Shown here in pieces: positions 31,401-42,232 of a stretch of 64,000 bases of DNA; position 1 is the stretch's first letter, and each line of letters begins with the position of its first letter. Below the pieces are notes generated by a model. The model searched no databases, was not told the origin of the DNA, and saw only the letters and a program-made list of their open reading frames with translations. The translations under genes and the position numbers were made by a program. This DNA comes from Thermoanaerobaculia bacterium (GTDB taxonomy: Bacteria > Acidobacteriota > Thermoanaerobaculia > Multivoradales > UBA5704). The DNA lies in NCBI GenBank assembly GCA_038250865.1, contig JBBSBW010000006.1, positions 26,424 to 90,423 on the forward strand, written 5' to 3'.

Positions 31401-33635
31401 TCACGCGACAGCCTCGCGTATTTCTTCGGCGGTCGCCACGCGGAGTCGTACCGCGCAGGCCTTGAACTCCGGGATTTTCGAGATCGGATCCTGGGCGGAG
31501 ATCGTGAGACGGTTGACGCTCCGCTTGCCCGGCCAATGGTAGGGCACGAAAATCGTATCGGGCCGAATGGTCGCGACGACCCGCGCCTTGAGCGTCAGGC
31601 GGCCGCGCCGCGTCTCGGCCGTCGCCCACGCGCCATCGCCGATCGAGAGCTTCTCGGCGAGTCGAGGATGGACCTCAATGAACGGCTCGGGATCCATGTC
31701 GAGCAGCGGGCCGATCCGTCGCGTCTGGGTGCCTGACAAGAACTGGCCGACCAGGCGGCCGGTGGTGAGGATGATCGGAAACTCTGCGTCGATCTCCTCG
31801 GCGGGCGGCGCATAGGTTGCGACGTTGAATCGTGCCTTTCCGTCGGGAAAGTAGTACGGGCCCTTGCCCTGTGCGACGACGTTCCACGACTCCGGCTCAA
31901 AAAGGCGGGGCGTGCCGGCATGGTCCGCGCTCGGACAGGGCCAGAAGACCCCCTGCTGGCGGTCGATTTTTTCCCAGGTGATCCCCGAGTAATCGGCGAT
32001 ACCCCCTTTGGAGGCGACGCGGAGTTCCTCGAAGATGGCGCGCGGCCCGTCAAACGTGAACCCGTGCTCTCGATCGATCGCGCGGGCAAGATCCTGAATG
32101 ATCCGCCAGTCTTCGCGCGCCTCGCCCGGGCAGGCGATCGCCTTGTTGATCTTGATCACCCGTCCTTCGGTGGTCGTCACCGTACCCTCATCCTCCTCGT
32201 GAAGAGAGCCGGGAAGGACGATGTCGGCATATCGCGCCGTTTCGCTCAGGAAAAAGTCGATCGCCACGAAGAAGTCGAGCTTACCCAGCATCTCCCTGAC
32301 GAAGTCGCTGTCCGGCAGGGAGACGACGGGGTTGAAGCAGAGCGAGAGGAGCCCCTTGATCTCGCCGCGCTCGATGCGGCGAAAGATCTCGTAGGCATCG
32401 ACGCCGGGCTGTGGCATGTCTTCGACCGGCATACCCCAGACGCCGGCGATGTAGGAGCGGGCCTCCGGGTCGGCAAGCTTGCGTCCGCCCGGGAGTTGAT
32501 CGCACTTTTGACCGTGCTCGCGTCCTCCCTGCCCGTTGCCCTGGCCGGTGATCGTGGCGTAGCCGCAGAACTCCCTGCCGATCCGTCCCGAGGCCAGCAC
32601 CATGTTGATCGCGCCGAGCACGTTCTGCACACCGTGGCTCGAGTGCTCGATGCCGCGGGCATGCATCAGAAAACTGGTTTTCGCCGTTCCCCACCACTCC
32701 GCGGCCTGACGGATCGCCGACTCGGTGATGCCGGTGACCGAGGCGGTCCTTTCCGGCGTCCACTCGGCGACGTGACGGGCCAGCTCGTCGAAGCCGACGG
32801 TCTGATGCGCCACGAACTCGCGGTCGACCCAGCCGTTTTCGATCATCAGGTGCAAGATGCCATTGAAGAGAGCGACATCTCGGCCCGGCTTGATCGGGAG
32901 GAACAGGTCGCAGGTGCGAGCGATCGGCGTGAGGCGCGGATCGACAACGATCACTTTCGCACCGCGCTCGCGGGCCTGCCAGATGTAGTCCGTGGTGATC
33001 GGCGCGCATTCGGCGACGTTGGCCCCCGAGATCCAGATCAGCTCGGCGCCGAGGATGTCCGACCAGGGGTTCGCGGCACGGTCGACGCCGAACGCCTTGC
33101 TGTTCCCTGCGCCCGCCGACACCATGCAGAGACGCCCGTTGTAGTCGATGTTCGACGTGCCGAGCGCCATATGGGCGAACTTACCGACGAGATAGGCCTT
33201 CTCCGTGGTCAGGGAGGCGCCCGAGAGGACCGCCATGGCGTCGCGGCCGTAACGCTCCTGAATGCGCCGGATTTCGCCGGCCGTCCGTTCGATCGCCTGC
33301 CCGTACTCGATCGATCGGAAGCCGCCCGGCGATCTTTCGTCGCGTTCGTACGCGGTGAGCAGGCGATCGGGATGGGCGCCTTGCAGGTAGCGCTTGATCC
33401 CTTTCGGACAGAGCATGCCGCGATTGAACGGGAAGTCGTAACGCGGCTCGAAGCCGACGACCTCCTCATCCTTGACTTTGAGTCGGATGCCGCATTGCTG
33501 GCCGCAGAAGCAGCAGTGCGTATCGACGATCCTGTCGGGCACGACGCCGGTATCGAGGCGTGTGCCGCTCGAATAGGCCGCGTGCGGGCCGAACGGATCG
33601 TCGACCGGCGGATCTAAAGCGGTCAGCCTAGCCAT
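31401..33635 (-). CDS. Molybdopterin (Mo-bisPGD) oxidoreductase catalytic subunit, assimilatory-nitrate-reductase-like (NasA/NarB family), cytoplasmic
   Basis: The start is reassigned to MARLTALD. N-terminal 4Fe-4S motif CCFCGQQC...GMLCPKG, MopB core and C-terminal molybdopterin-binding barrel, no Tat signal. Confidence 0.8.
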   Translation of the reverse strand: MARLTALDPPVDDPFGPHAAYSSGTRLDTGVVPDRIVDTHCCFCGQQCGIRLKVKDEEVVGFEPRYDFPFNRGMLCPKGIKRYLQGAHPDRLLTAYERDERSPGGFRSIEYGQAIERTAGEIRRIQERYGRDAMAVLSGASLTTEKAYLVGKFAHMALGTSNIDYNGRLCMVSAGAGNSKAFGVDRAANPWSDILGAELIWISGANVAECAPITTDYIWQARERGAKVIVVDPRLTPIARTCDLFLPIKPGRDVALFNGILHLMIENGWVDREFVAHQTVGFDELARHVAEWTPERTASVTGITESAIRQAAEWWGTAKTSFLMHARGIEHSSHGVQNVLGAINMVLASGRIGREFCGYATITGQGNGQGGREHGQKCDQLPGGRKLADPEARSYIAGVWGMPVEDMPQPGVDAYEIFRRIERGEIKGLLSLCFNPVVSLPDSDFVREMLGKLDFFVAIDFFLSETARYADIVLPGSLHEEDEGTVTTTEGRVIKINKAIACPGEAREDWRIIQDLARAIDREHGFTFDGPRAIFEELRVASKGGIADYSGITWEKIDRQQGVFWPCPSADHAGTPRLFEPESWNVVAQGKGPYYFPDGKARFNVATYAPPAEEIDAEFPIILTTGRLVGQFLSGTQTRRIGPLLDMDPEPFIEVHPRLAEKLSIGDGAWATAETRRGRLTLKARVVATIRPDTIFVPYHWPGKRSVNRLTISAQDPISKIPEFKACAVRLRVATAEEIREAVA

Positions 33636-34800
33636 GGAAGTTCTCCGCATCATCCGTGCCGAGCGGTCCTTCGCCGAGGCCGGGATTGACGTAGCTCGGT
33701 GCCGCCCCGGGCGCCACCAGCACACCACCGCGCACGCCGCTCCAGGCGAAACCCTGTGCGGTGGCCAGCAACGCCCGTCGGCATGGGGGGCAGACCCATT
33801 GATAGTGGCCGACAGATCCCGCGAGGGAGTAATCGAAGCCGAGACGTCGCTCGACCTCGATCAGGTCCTCGACATGCATCTTCGACGTAAAGCCGTGGCC
33901 ACAGCGGCGGCAGATCGCTGCTTCCTCGTCGCGGCCGACCTCTTTGTAGAAGCGCACCGCGAGTTGCGCCGGACGCTGGAAGATATGGAAGAACTTGCCG
34001 AACGGCAGCCAGAGAAAGGTGAAGATCACCGTCACCGCGTGGAGGATGGCCAGGAAGTCGTAGGCGTATCCGTGCATCCACGTATAGCTCGCGGTGAGCA
34101 TGAGGCCGGTCAGGCTGACCGCGAAAAGTAGGAACAGAGGGAGAAAATCCTCGATAAAACTCTGTAGCGCCGCCGCGCCCTCTTCACGCATCCGGCGGCG
34201 CATGGCGAGCATCACACCGGCGATCACCAGGAAGGATGCCCAGACCAGACCGTGAAAGATCAGAAAGCCGAAGAGTGACCCGCTGGGAAAGGTGAACACC
34301 GGCAAGCCGAGGGCGAAGACGCGGTAGGTTTCTGGGCTTCCCGGCACCGACTCGAACATGAACCAGCCGAAGACGAGGGGAAAGGTAATCGCGACGGCGA
34401 GCAGGCAGCCCCAGAGAATCAACAGGTGCGTGAGTCCGCGGAGCCGGCCGCGCGCCCAGATGAAGCGGTTGAGCGCGATGTCGGAAACGGCATGCAGGAG
34501 ACCGTGACCGAAGTTGCGCAGGCGCCGCTCGCCGGAGCCGCGGCGGAAGACGACCTGCCACCCTCGCCGCCAGTAAAGCGCGGTGGGGGGCCGCTCCAAC
34601 CACATCGCGTAGCGGTAGGTGATCCCGAAGGTCGCAAAGAGGATCGAGAAGGTATAGGCCACCAGCGCGGCGTCGAAATGCGCCAGATTCCTGGAGCCGC
34701 CGATGATGGCGGCTCCCACCAAGCCCGTGACCAAAAGCCCCCAGGCCCCGGCTCGGCGAGCCTCAGGGGCGATGCCCAATCGTCGGATCTGTTGGCTCAC
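33628..34800 (-). CDS. Polytopic membrane protein (NarI/cytochrome-b-like, His-rich TM helices) fused to a C-terminal rubredoxin-like CxxCG...WxCPxC domain
   Basis: GTG start after an AAGGAGGAGG RBS. About 8 TM helices with conserved His ([32 protein letters not shown]). C-terminus CRRCGHGF...(28 aa)...WVCPPC. Stop lies 4 nt from the MopB start. Confidence 0.6.
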   Translation of the reverse strand: MSQQIRRLGIAPEARRAGAWGLLVTGLVGAAIIGGSRNLAHFDAALVAYTFSILFATFGITYRYAMWLERPPTALYWRRGWQVVFRRGSGERRLRNFGHGLLHAVSDIALNRFIWARGRLRGLTHLLILWGCLLAVAITFPLVFGWFMFESVPGSPETYRVFALGLPVFTFPSGSLFGFLIFHGLVWASFLVIAGVMLAMRRRMREEGAAALQSFIEDFLPLFLLFAVSLTGLMLTASYTWMHGYAYDFLAILHAVTVIFTFLWLPFGKFFHIFQRPAQLAVRFYKEVGRDEEAAICRRCGHGFTSKMHVEDLIEVERRLGFDYSLAGSVGHYQWVCPPCRRALLATAQGFAWSGVRGGVLVAPGAAPSYVNPGLGEGPLGTDDAENFHG

Positions 34801-34877
34801 TCGGTCCCCTCCTCCTTTCTCTCCGAAGACTCGAAGGGTTGCCGTCAGGGTGTGCGTGCAGGGCGCAAGCCGCGCGC

Positions 34878-35552
34878 TCAGGCAGCCGCAAGCCGGGGGA
34901 AGAGAACATTGTTCTCGAGATGAATGTGGTGATGCAGATCCGTTTCGAGCGCCTCCAATCCGTGCCAGAGCGCGCTCCAGGTGTTGCAGGCGCCGTCCGG
35001 AAGCCGGAAGTCGTCCGTCAGACCGCGAATCTCCACCAGCCGGTTTCCCACCTCGGTATGGTCGTCGCGGAATGCGGCGACGGCCGGGCCGGCTTCGGCG
35101 CCGCGTTCGAGGATCGGCGGGAAGAGTTCGGCCTCCTCGCGGTCCATGTGTTGCGCGAGGTCGGCTTGGAGCGCCAGGTACGCCGTCTGGAGCGCGGGCA
35201 GACGCACCGGCTCGCGCTCGCCATGGACCCGGGCGACCTTGCGAACCATCGCTTCGAGGCGCGGAAGCTCCTCGCGAAGAGGGGCGTGGTAGGCGCTCAG
35301 GATGTGCCGCACCAGATCGTCGGGGGAGGCCTCGTTCCAGTTCTCGGCGGGGGCAGAGGTGGCGGCGAGGGATTCGTGGATTTCGGCCACCAAAGCCTCT
35401 GGGGTGAAACCACGTCGCTCGCAAATCTCGGCCAGCGAGCGTCCCCCGCCGCAGCAGAAGTCAATGCCGTGCCGAGCGAAAACGCGGGTGGCGAGGGGAT
35501 GGCGGGCGGCGATTTCGCCGACCCGCGATTGGGGAGTGATGTCGAGGTCCAT
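34878..35552 (-). CDS. Repair-of-iron-centres di-iron protein (RIC/YtfE/ScdA family)
   Basis: ScdA_N motif GIDFCCGGG and C-terminal hemerythrin-like His/Glu ligands (HHxxE, HIHLEN). Confidence 0.8.
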   Translation of the reverse strand: MDLDITPQSRVGEIAARHPLATRVFARHGIDFCCGGGRSLAEICERRGFTPEALVAEIHESLAATSAPAENWNEASPDDLVRHILSAYHAPLREELPRLEAMVRKVARVHGEREPVRLPALQTAYLALQADLAQHMDREEAELFPPILERGAEAGPAVAAFRDDHTEVGNRLVEIRGLTDDFRLPDGACNTWSALWHGLEALETDLHHHIHLENNVLFPRLAAA

Positions 35553-35581
35553 AGGGATCAAGTTCCTTTCTCTCAGGTCCA

Positions 35582-36277
35582 TCAGGTCGATCGAATGGAT
35601 CGGCCGTTGGCCGCATGGTGCGCCCGGTCGCCCTGCGGTGAACTCGCGACGGCGTAGGTGCAAGAGGCATCGCCGTCCGGCATGAACTGAATGCGATCGA
35701 GCGGTCTTCCCAGCAGCTCTTCGGCGAGCTTCATCTCGGCGCGGCAGGGAAGATGGGTGACGGCGACCAACTCGCGCAGCGGGCAGTGGCAGAGACGAAG
35801 GCGGATCGGCTCCCCGCCCTTAAGTTCCGCTTCGGCGAGGTAGCCTTCCGTCGACAGCGAGCGCGCGATCTCGTTCAGACGCTCGCCCACCTCAAGTCCT
35901 TCCATGCGTTGCGCGAGGCGCTCTCTTTTGAGGTGGGTGCGCGCCGCGAAGAACTCCTCAAGAAGCTCCGGGTGCTCGCTTTGGAGAAGGTAGCGGGCAA
36001 GCTCGGCGAGCATTTCGCCCTCGCGGCGCGGAAAGAGCGCCTCACCCTGGGCGCTCAGCCGATAGACCACTTGCGGGCGACCGGGGCCCTGCCGACGCAC
36101 ACCGGCTCGTTCGATCAAGTGTTGAGCGGTGAGCGATTCGAGGTGGCTTCTCACCGTCTCGCGAGCCACCTCCATCCCGGTCTCGACCTCGGCCAGAGTG
36201 ACCTCGCCGCGCCGCTTCAAAAGCTCGAGCAGCGTCCGCTGGCTCGCGCCAAGCCCGGGTCCGTAGAGGTCGTCCAT
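35582..36277 (-). CDS. Winged-HTH transcriptional regulator with C-terminal Cys-rich (CHC...C...C) putative sensory domain
   Basis: wHTH (LLELLKRRGEVTLAEVETGMEVARETVRSHLESLT...GRPQVVYRLS), C-terminal LRLCHCPL...LPC...SCTY. It is the first gene of the Mo-enzyme operon. The start is ambiguous (36277 or 36343). Confidence 0.55.
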   Translation of the reverse strand: MDDLYGPGLGASQRTLLELLKRRGEVTLAEVETGMEVARETVRSHLESLTAQHLIERAGVRRQGPGRPQVVYRLSAQGEALFPRREGEMLAELARYLLQSEHPELLEEFFAARTHLKRERLAQRMEGLEVGERLNEIARSLSTEGYLAEAELKGGEPIRLRLCHCPLRELVAVTHLPCRAEMKLAEELLGRPLDRIQFMPDGDASCTYAVASSPQGDRAHHAANGRSIRST

Positions 36278-36444
36278 GGGGGCACCGTACTCTTCCGCCT
36301 CTCGGCTTGTCAAGGTTGTTGTGAGAAAAACCATGAAATCCATCGATCCAGGAGAGTCACGAAGCACAGTCGGCGAATTTCTAGGGGTCGGGTATGCTCC
36401 CCGGCCCGACGCCGGCATCGAGGCGCCCAGGAGCACGAGGTCCC

Positions 36445-38244
36445 ATGTTTCCCCACGAACGCATCCGCAACTTTTCGATCGTCGCCCACATCGACCACGG
36501 CAAGTCGACGCTCGCCGACCGGATTCTTGAGAAGACCGGTTCGGTCTCCTCGCGCGACATGGTGGCGCAGCTGCTCGACGACATGGATCTGGAGCGCGAG
36601 CGCGGGATCACCATCAAGGCTCGCGCGGTCCGGCTGTATTTCAAGGCCGCGGACGGCGAGACCTACCAGTTCAACCTGATCGACACCCCCGGCCACGTCG
36701 ATTTCGCCTATGAAGTCTCGCGCAGCCTTGCGGCCTGTGAGGGCGCGATTCTGGTGGTCGACGCCGTCCAGGGGGTCGAGGCGCAGACGCTCGCGAACGC
36801 CTATCTCGCGGTCGATGCGGAGCTGGCGATCGTCCCCGTGATCAACAAGATCGACCTGCCCGCCGCGGATCCGGAGCGGATCAAGGAGCAGATCGAAAAC
36901 GTCATCGGGATCGACGCCCACGACGCGGTGCTCGCCTCGGCCAAGGCGGGGATCGGCATCGAAGACGTGCTCGAACGGGTGGTTCGCGACATTCCGGCGC
37001 CCACGGGCAACCCCGACGGGCCGCTCAAAGCGCTGCTGTTCGACTCCTGGTACGACCCGTATCGCGGCGTCGCCTGCATGATCCGAGTGATCGACGGCAC
37101 GCTCAAGAAGGGCGAAAAGATCCAGCTGATGGCGAGCAAGCGGGTCTACGCGGTCGACGAGATGGGAATCTTCAGCCCGAAGGCGGCCGGCGTCACCTCG
37201 CTTTCGGTGGGCGAGGTCGGCTTCTTCTACGCCGGAATCAAAGATTTGATCCAGGCACAGATCGGCGACACCGTGACGCACTCCGAGCGCCCGACGGCCG
37301 AGGCTTTTCCCGGCTTTCAAGAGGTCAAGCCGGTGGTCTTCGCCGGCCTCTATCCGGTTTCGGCGGACGACTACGAGGGGTTGCGCGACGCGGTGGACAA
37401 GCTGCGTTTGAACGACGCCTCGTTCAGCTTCGAGCCGGAAAGCTCCGGCGCGCTCGGCTTCGGGTTCCGCTGCGGCTTTCTCGGTCTGCTGCACATGGAG
37501 ATCATCCAATCGCGCCTGGAGCGGGAGTTCGACCTCGACCTGATCACCAGCGCCCCGGGCGTGCGCTACCGCGCAAAAACCACCGATGGCAAAGAGTTCG
37601 AGGTAGACAGCCCGGCGAAGCTCCCCGATCCGAGCAAGCTCGACTACTTAGAAGAGCCCTACATCACGTCGACGATCGTCTCCCGCTCCGAGTACGTCGG
37701 GGCGATCCTCCAACTCGCCGAAGACCGCCGCGGCGAGCAGAAGAGCCTCCAGTACCTGTCCACCGACCGGGTGTTGATCCAATACGACTTCCCGCTCGCC
37801 GAGGTGATCCTCGATTTCTACGACCGCTTGAAGTCCTGCTCGCGCGGCTATGCGAGCTTCGACTACCAGTTGATCGGCTACCGGCGCAGCGACCTGGTGA
37901 AGCTCGACGTCCTGGTGAACGGCGAAGCCATCGACGCGCTCTCGCTGATCATCCACCGCGAGAAGGCCTATTCCCGCGGCCGAATGCTGATCGAGAAGAT
38001 GAAGGAGCTGATCCCCCGCCAAATGTTCGAGGTCGTCCTCCAGGCTGCCATCGGCTCCCGGGTCATCTCGCGGGAAACCGTGCGGGCGATCTCCAAAAAC
38101 GTCATCGCGAAATGCTACGGCGGCGACATCTCCCGCAAACGCAAGCTGATCGAGAAGCAGAAGGAAGGCAAGAAGCGCATGAAGCGGGTGGGGCGCGTGG
38201 ACATCCCGCAGGAGGCGTTTCTGGCGGTTTTGCGGATGGATTGA
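36445..38244 (+). CDS. lepA: Elongation factor 4 (LepA)
   Basis: [21 protein letters not shown]1 motif, [12 protein letters not shown], and the LepA-specific C-terminal domain. Confidence 0.95.
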   Translation: MFPHERIRNFSIVAHIDHGKSTLADRILEKTGSVSSRDMVAQLLDDMDLERERGITIKARAVRLYFKAADGETYQFNLIDTPGHVDFAYEVSRSLAACEGAILVVDAVQGVEAQTLANAYLAVDAELAIVPVINKIDLPAADPERIKEQIENVIGIDAHDAVLASAKAGIGIEDVLERVVRDIPAPTGNPDGPLKALLFDSWYDPYRGVACMIRVIDGTLKKGEKIQLMASKRVYAVDEMGIFSPKAAGVTSLSVGEVGFFYAGIKDLIQAQIGDTVTHSERPTAEAFPGFQEVKPVVFAGLYPVSADDYEGLRDAVDKLRLNDASFSFEPESSGALGFGFRCGFLGLLHMEIIQSRLEREFDLDLITSAPGVRYRAKTTDGKEFEVDSPAKLPDPSKLDYLEEPYITSTIVSRSEYVGAILQLAEDRRGEQKSLQYLSTDRVLIQYDFPLAEVILDFYDRLKSCSRGYASFDYQLIGYRRSDLVKLDVLVNGEAIDALSLIIHREKAYSRGRMLIEKMKELIPRQMFEVVLQAAIGSRVISRETVRAISKNVIAKCYGGDISRKRKLIEKQKEGKKRMKRVGRVDIPQEAFLAVLRMD

Positions 38245-38359
38245 TTGAGGGGCTCAGGTGGTCGAGTTGTCGCCTGGAGGTGACGGTTTCCGCCGTTTTG
38301 CGCTGGTTCACCTTGAAATCTGAACGGTGGTGTTATCGATTTTCAAGGTGTTTGCCTGG

Positions 38360-39427
<1,068 letters not shown>

Positions 39428-39585
39428 CGGCAGGGATTCTGCGCGCAAACCTGGCCCGAGGTCGAGCGGCGGGTTCCTACCCCGGCGGGTCTGCCGGTCT
39501 ACCCCAAAGGAGGGGGTGTCGGGAACGTCCGGGTTCTAGGCTTGAGCCGAGAGACCGATCTTTCGGATTTCCAGAGGACCCGCCC

Positions 39586-40026
39586 ATGACCCGCTCTCCG
39601 GTGGCCTTGATCGCTTCGCTCCTTTCGATCGTTGCGGTGCCCGTTCTGCTCGCAGCCGCGACTGTGCTCCCCGATGAAACGCAGGAACCGGCCTCGGTGC
39701 GCGTCGCGCGGGGAAAGGTGGCCTTCCGCATCTACTGCCGGAGCTGCCACGGTGCGGAAGCACGGGGGGATGGTCCGCTCGCTCAGGAGCTGAGGAGTAA
39801 GCCCGCCGACTTGACGCGCCTGCGGGCGAAGGACGGCACGTTCCCGCGTGAAGAGGTCGCCGGAAAAATCGACGGCCGCTTCAAGGTAGCCGCCCACGGT
39901 CCCACCGACATGCCGGTATGGGGTTATTCGTTCCTGGTCTCGGGCAGCGACGCGGCGCAAGACGAGGACGTGCGCAAGAAGATCGAGGACCTGGTCGCCT
40001 ATCTGGAGACGCTCCAGTCGAAGTAG
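39586..40026 (+). CDS. Class I c-type cytochrome (mono-haem, periplasmic)
   Basis: Signal peptide, CRSCHG haem-binding motif, distal Met candidate (TDMPVWG). Confidence 0.75.
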   Translation: MTRSPVALIASLLSIVAVPVLLAAATVLPDETQEPASVRVARGKVAFRIYCRSCHGAEARGDGPLAQELRSKPADLTRLRAKDGTFPREEVAGKIDGRFKVAAHGPTDMPVWGYSFLVSGSDAAQDEDVRKKIEDLVAYLETLQSK

Positions 40027-40079
40027 CCAGGAGTCCCGGTTAGGAGAACTCCCGCCCGGCCGGCTAAAATCGGCCGGTT

Positions 40080-41069
40080 ATGGCTCTGCCTGTCTATCTC
40101 GACAACATTCGGGTCGACCCTCCTCTGTGGCTCGCGCCGATGGCCGGGGTCACCGACCGCGATTTTCGACTGATCGTCCGGCGGATCGGCGGCGTGGGCG
40201 TTGTGTCGATGGAATTCGTCTCGTCCAAAGCGATCGTCAACGGCAATCCGCGGACGCGCGAGCTGATGTTTTTCAGCGAAGAGGAGCGTCCGCTCGCGAT
40301 CCAGATCTACGGCTCGGACGCCGCCACCATGCGCGAGGCGGCGCTGGTGGTCGAAGAGTTGGGAGCCGACGTCTGTGACATCAACATGGGCTGCCCGGCC
40401 AACAAGGTGCTCAAAGGGTGCGCCGGCGCGGCGCTGATGGGCGATCTGGCGCTGGCGGAAGACATCGTCTCTTCGGTGAAACGGGCGATCTCGATCCCGC
40501 TGACCGTCAAGTTCCGGCTAGGCCTCGACGATGCGCGGCGCAACTATCTCGACCTCGGCCGGATGTGCGAGGCCAACGGCGTCGCCGCGGTAGCGATGCA
40601 TGCCCGAACCGCGCGGCAGATGTTTTCCGGCGAGGCCGACTGGACTCACCTCGCGAAACTCAAAGAGACCTTGTCGATCCCGGTGATCGGCAACGGCGAC
40701 GTGAACGAACCGGAAGACGCCCTGCGGATGATGGCGGAGACCGGCTGCGACGGCGTGATGGTCGGGCGCGGCGCCACGCGCAATCCGTGGCTGTTTCGCC
40801 AGATCGCCGCAAAAATGACCGGCAGCCGGTTCCACGAGCCGTCGCTGGCGGAACGACGCGACCTGATCCTCGGACACTTCCGCATGGTGGCGGAGCGCGA
40901 GGGGGGCACCTGGGCGCTCCACAAGCTGCGCAAGTTCACCGGCTGGTACACCCACGGCCTGCCGAACGGGCGCAAGCTTCGCCAGGAAATCAACCAGCTG
41001 CCCGACGTACCCAGCTTCTTGGCCGCGGTCGAAGATTTCTTTGCCGAGATGTTCGAAATGGCGGCCTAA
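40080..41069 (+). CDS. dus: tRNA-dihydrouridine synthase (DusB-like)
   Basis: LAPMAGVTD, TIM-barrel FMN site motifs, catalytic Cys in INMGCPANKV. Confidence 0.9.
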   Translation: MALPVYLDNIRVDPPLWLAPMAGVTDRDFRLIVRRIGGVGVVSMEFVSSKAIVNGNPRTRELMFFSEEERPLAIQIYGSDAATMREAALVVEELGADVCDINMGCPANKVLKGCAGAALMGDLALAEDIVSSVKRAISIPLTVKFRLGLDDARRNYLDLGRMCEANGVAAVAMHARTARQMFSGEADWTHLAKLKETLSIPVIGNGDVNEPEDALRMMAETGCDGVMVGRGATRNPWLFRQIAAKMTGSRFHEPSLAERRDLILGHFRMVAEREGGTWALHKLRKFTGWYTHGLPNGRKLRQEINQLPDVPSFLAAVEDFFAEMFEMAA

Positions 41070-41070
41070 G

Positions 41071-41532
41071 TTGGCGGCGGACGACAACACGGTCGAGGTC
41101 GATCGGTCGGTCGAGCAGTCGTTCGCGCTCGTCGAACGGGCGGCCGAGGAGTGGGGCGCGGAGGTTCAGCTCGAAGCGGGAGTGGCGCGCGTCGTCTTGC
41201 CGGTTCGCGCGGGGCTCCGGCAGGGCCTGGTCGAAGCGGAGATCTCGGCGGAACCGCTCGAAACCGGCTCTCGCTTGACCCTCCGCGAGATCCGTTCGCA
41301 GTGGCGGGTCCAGACCTCGGCGGTGGTCGTGCTGCTGGTTTCGGCGGCCGGCGGCACCGTCGCCTTCCTCTGGCCGTTCTTTCCGGGCCTGATCCCGATG
41401 GCCCCCTTCGGGGCGGTTCTCGCGCTTTCGGGGTGGTTCCTGGTGATCTCGCGCCTGCGCACCTCCCGCCCGGCCGATTTCCTGCGCACCGTCGAGCTGC
41501 TCGCCGAAAAGGCTCCCCCGGCGTCGGAATGA
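41071..41532 (+). CDS. Hypothetical membrane protein
   Basis: ORF following dus; putative TTG start; two C-terminal TM helices. Start and function uncertain. Confidence 0.3.
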   Translation: MAADDNTVEVDRSVEQSFALVERAAEEWGAEVQLEAGVARVVLPVRAGLRQGLVEAEISAEPLETGSRLTLREIRSQWRVQTSAVVVLLVSAAGGTVAFLWPFFPGLIPMAPFGAVLALSGWFLVISRLRTSRPADFLRTVELLAEKAPPASE

Positions 41533-41654
41533 GCCGCAGAGGGGGTCGGGGAATCCGCGGGGCACGAGGTCTGTTATGGTGCGCGTCCGTCGTTGCCGTC
41601 TCGAACGCACGCGACAGGTTCTTTGCCAACGGAAGAAGCAGCAACTGTGAAACT

Positions 41655-41998
41655 GGGGGCGTACCGGTTTCGACGGGGAACAAAGCGGTGCGGGGGTTGC
41701 GTGTCGAGGTCGACTCGTAAAATCGATTTTTTAACTGCGAACGACAACTTCGCTCTCGCGGCCTAAACGGCTGTGACGTCAATAGGGGGGCTCTGACCCG
41801 CTGCACCCCTAAAGACGCCGACAATGCGGGTCAATGGGTCCGGAGGCCTCGCGACGGACCCAGATACTAGCGAGGATAACTGCCGCGCGCGGCGCCTTCA
41901 CTCGAAGCGCGGCGGTGAAAAAGAAGTGAGGGCTACGCACGTAGATGCCACCGCGACGCGTTTTCCGGACGTGGGTTCGACTCCCACCGCCTCCACCA
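41655..41998 (+). ncRNA. ssrA: tmRNA (SsrA), tag peptide ANDNFALAA
   Basis: 5' GGGGGCGUACCGGUUUCGACGGGG tRNA-like acceptor/D analogue, resume-codon ORF gcg aac gac aac ttc gct ctc gcg gcc taa (41737-41766), 3' T-arm GGGUUCGACUCCCACC and ...CUCCACCA. Confidence 0.9.
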
Positions 41999-42043
41999 TT
42001 CCTTCTTCTTCCGAAGGCTCCTGCCTAGAAGTCGAGTTTTGGC

Positions 42044-42232
42044 TCATTCATCGTCCGCCGACAAAGGCGCTTCAAGATCGACTTCGACGCCACCTACCAG
42101 CGAACGGACGCGCGCCAAGAGGTCCTCTCCCACGGCCTGCAGCCGTTCGGGGTGACTGTCGATATCGCGCGCCAAAAAGTCAAGAAACATGCCCGGCAGC
42201 GGGTCTTCTTTTTCCGAATCTTCGGCGCTCAT
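42044..42232 (-). CDS. Small acidic hypothetical protein (62 aa), translationally coupled to mtnA
   Basis: ATGA overlap with the mtnA stop. Sequence MSAEDSEKEDPLPGMFLDFLARDIDSHPERL...GVEVDLEAPLSADDE; no family recognised (weak antitoxin-like feel). Confidence 0.35.
   Translation of the reverse strand: MSAEDSEKEDPLPGMFLDFLARDIDSHPERLQAVGEDLLARVRSLVGGVEVDLEAPLSADDE

Noticed and set aside
40050-40078. CCGGCC...GGCCGG inverted repeat after the cytochrome c gene as a terminator
   Set aside because: Short 6-bp stem with a weak T tract; too marginal to list as a feature.
41719-41731. AAATCGATTTTTT inside tmRNA matching the palindromic core of the 23.7-kb repeat units (also ATCGATTTT at about 38320)
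   Set aside because: A 10-mer match is within chance for a 64-kb window, and the tmRNA sequence here is explained by its own conserved structure (CUCGUAAAA...). Noted but not treated as related.
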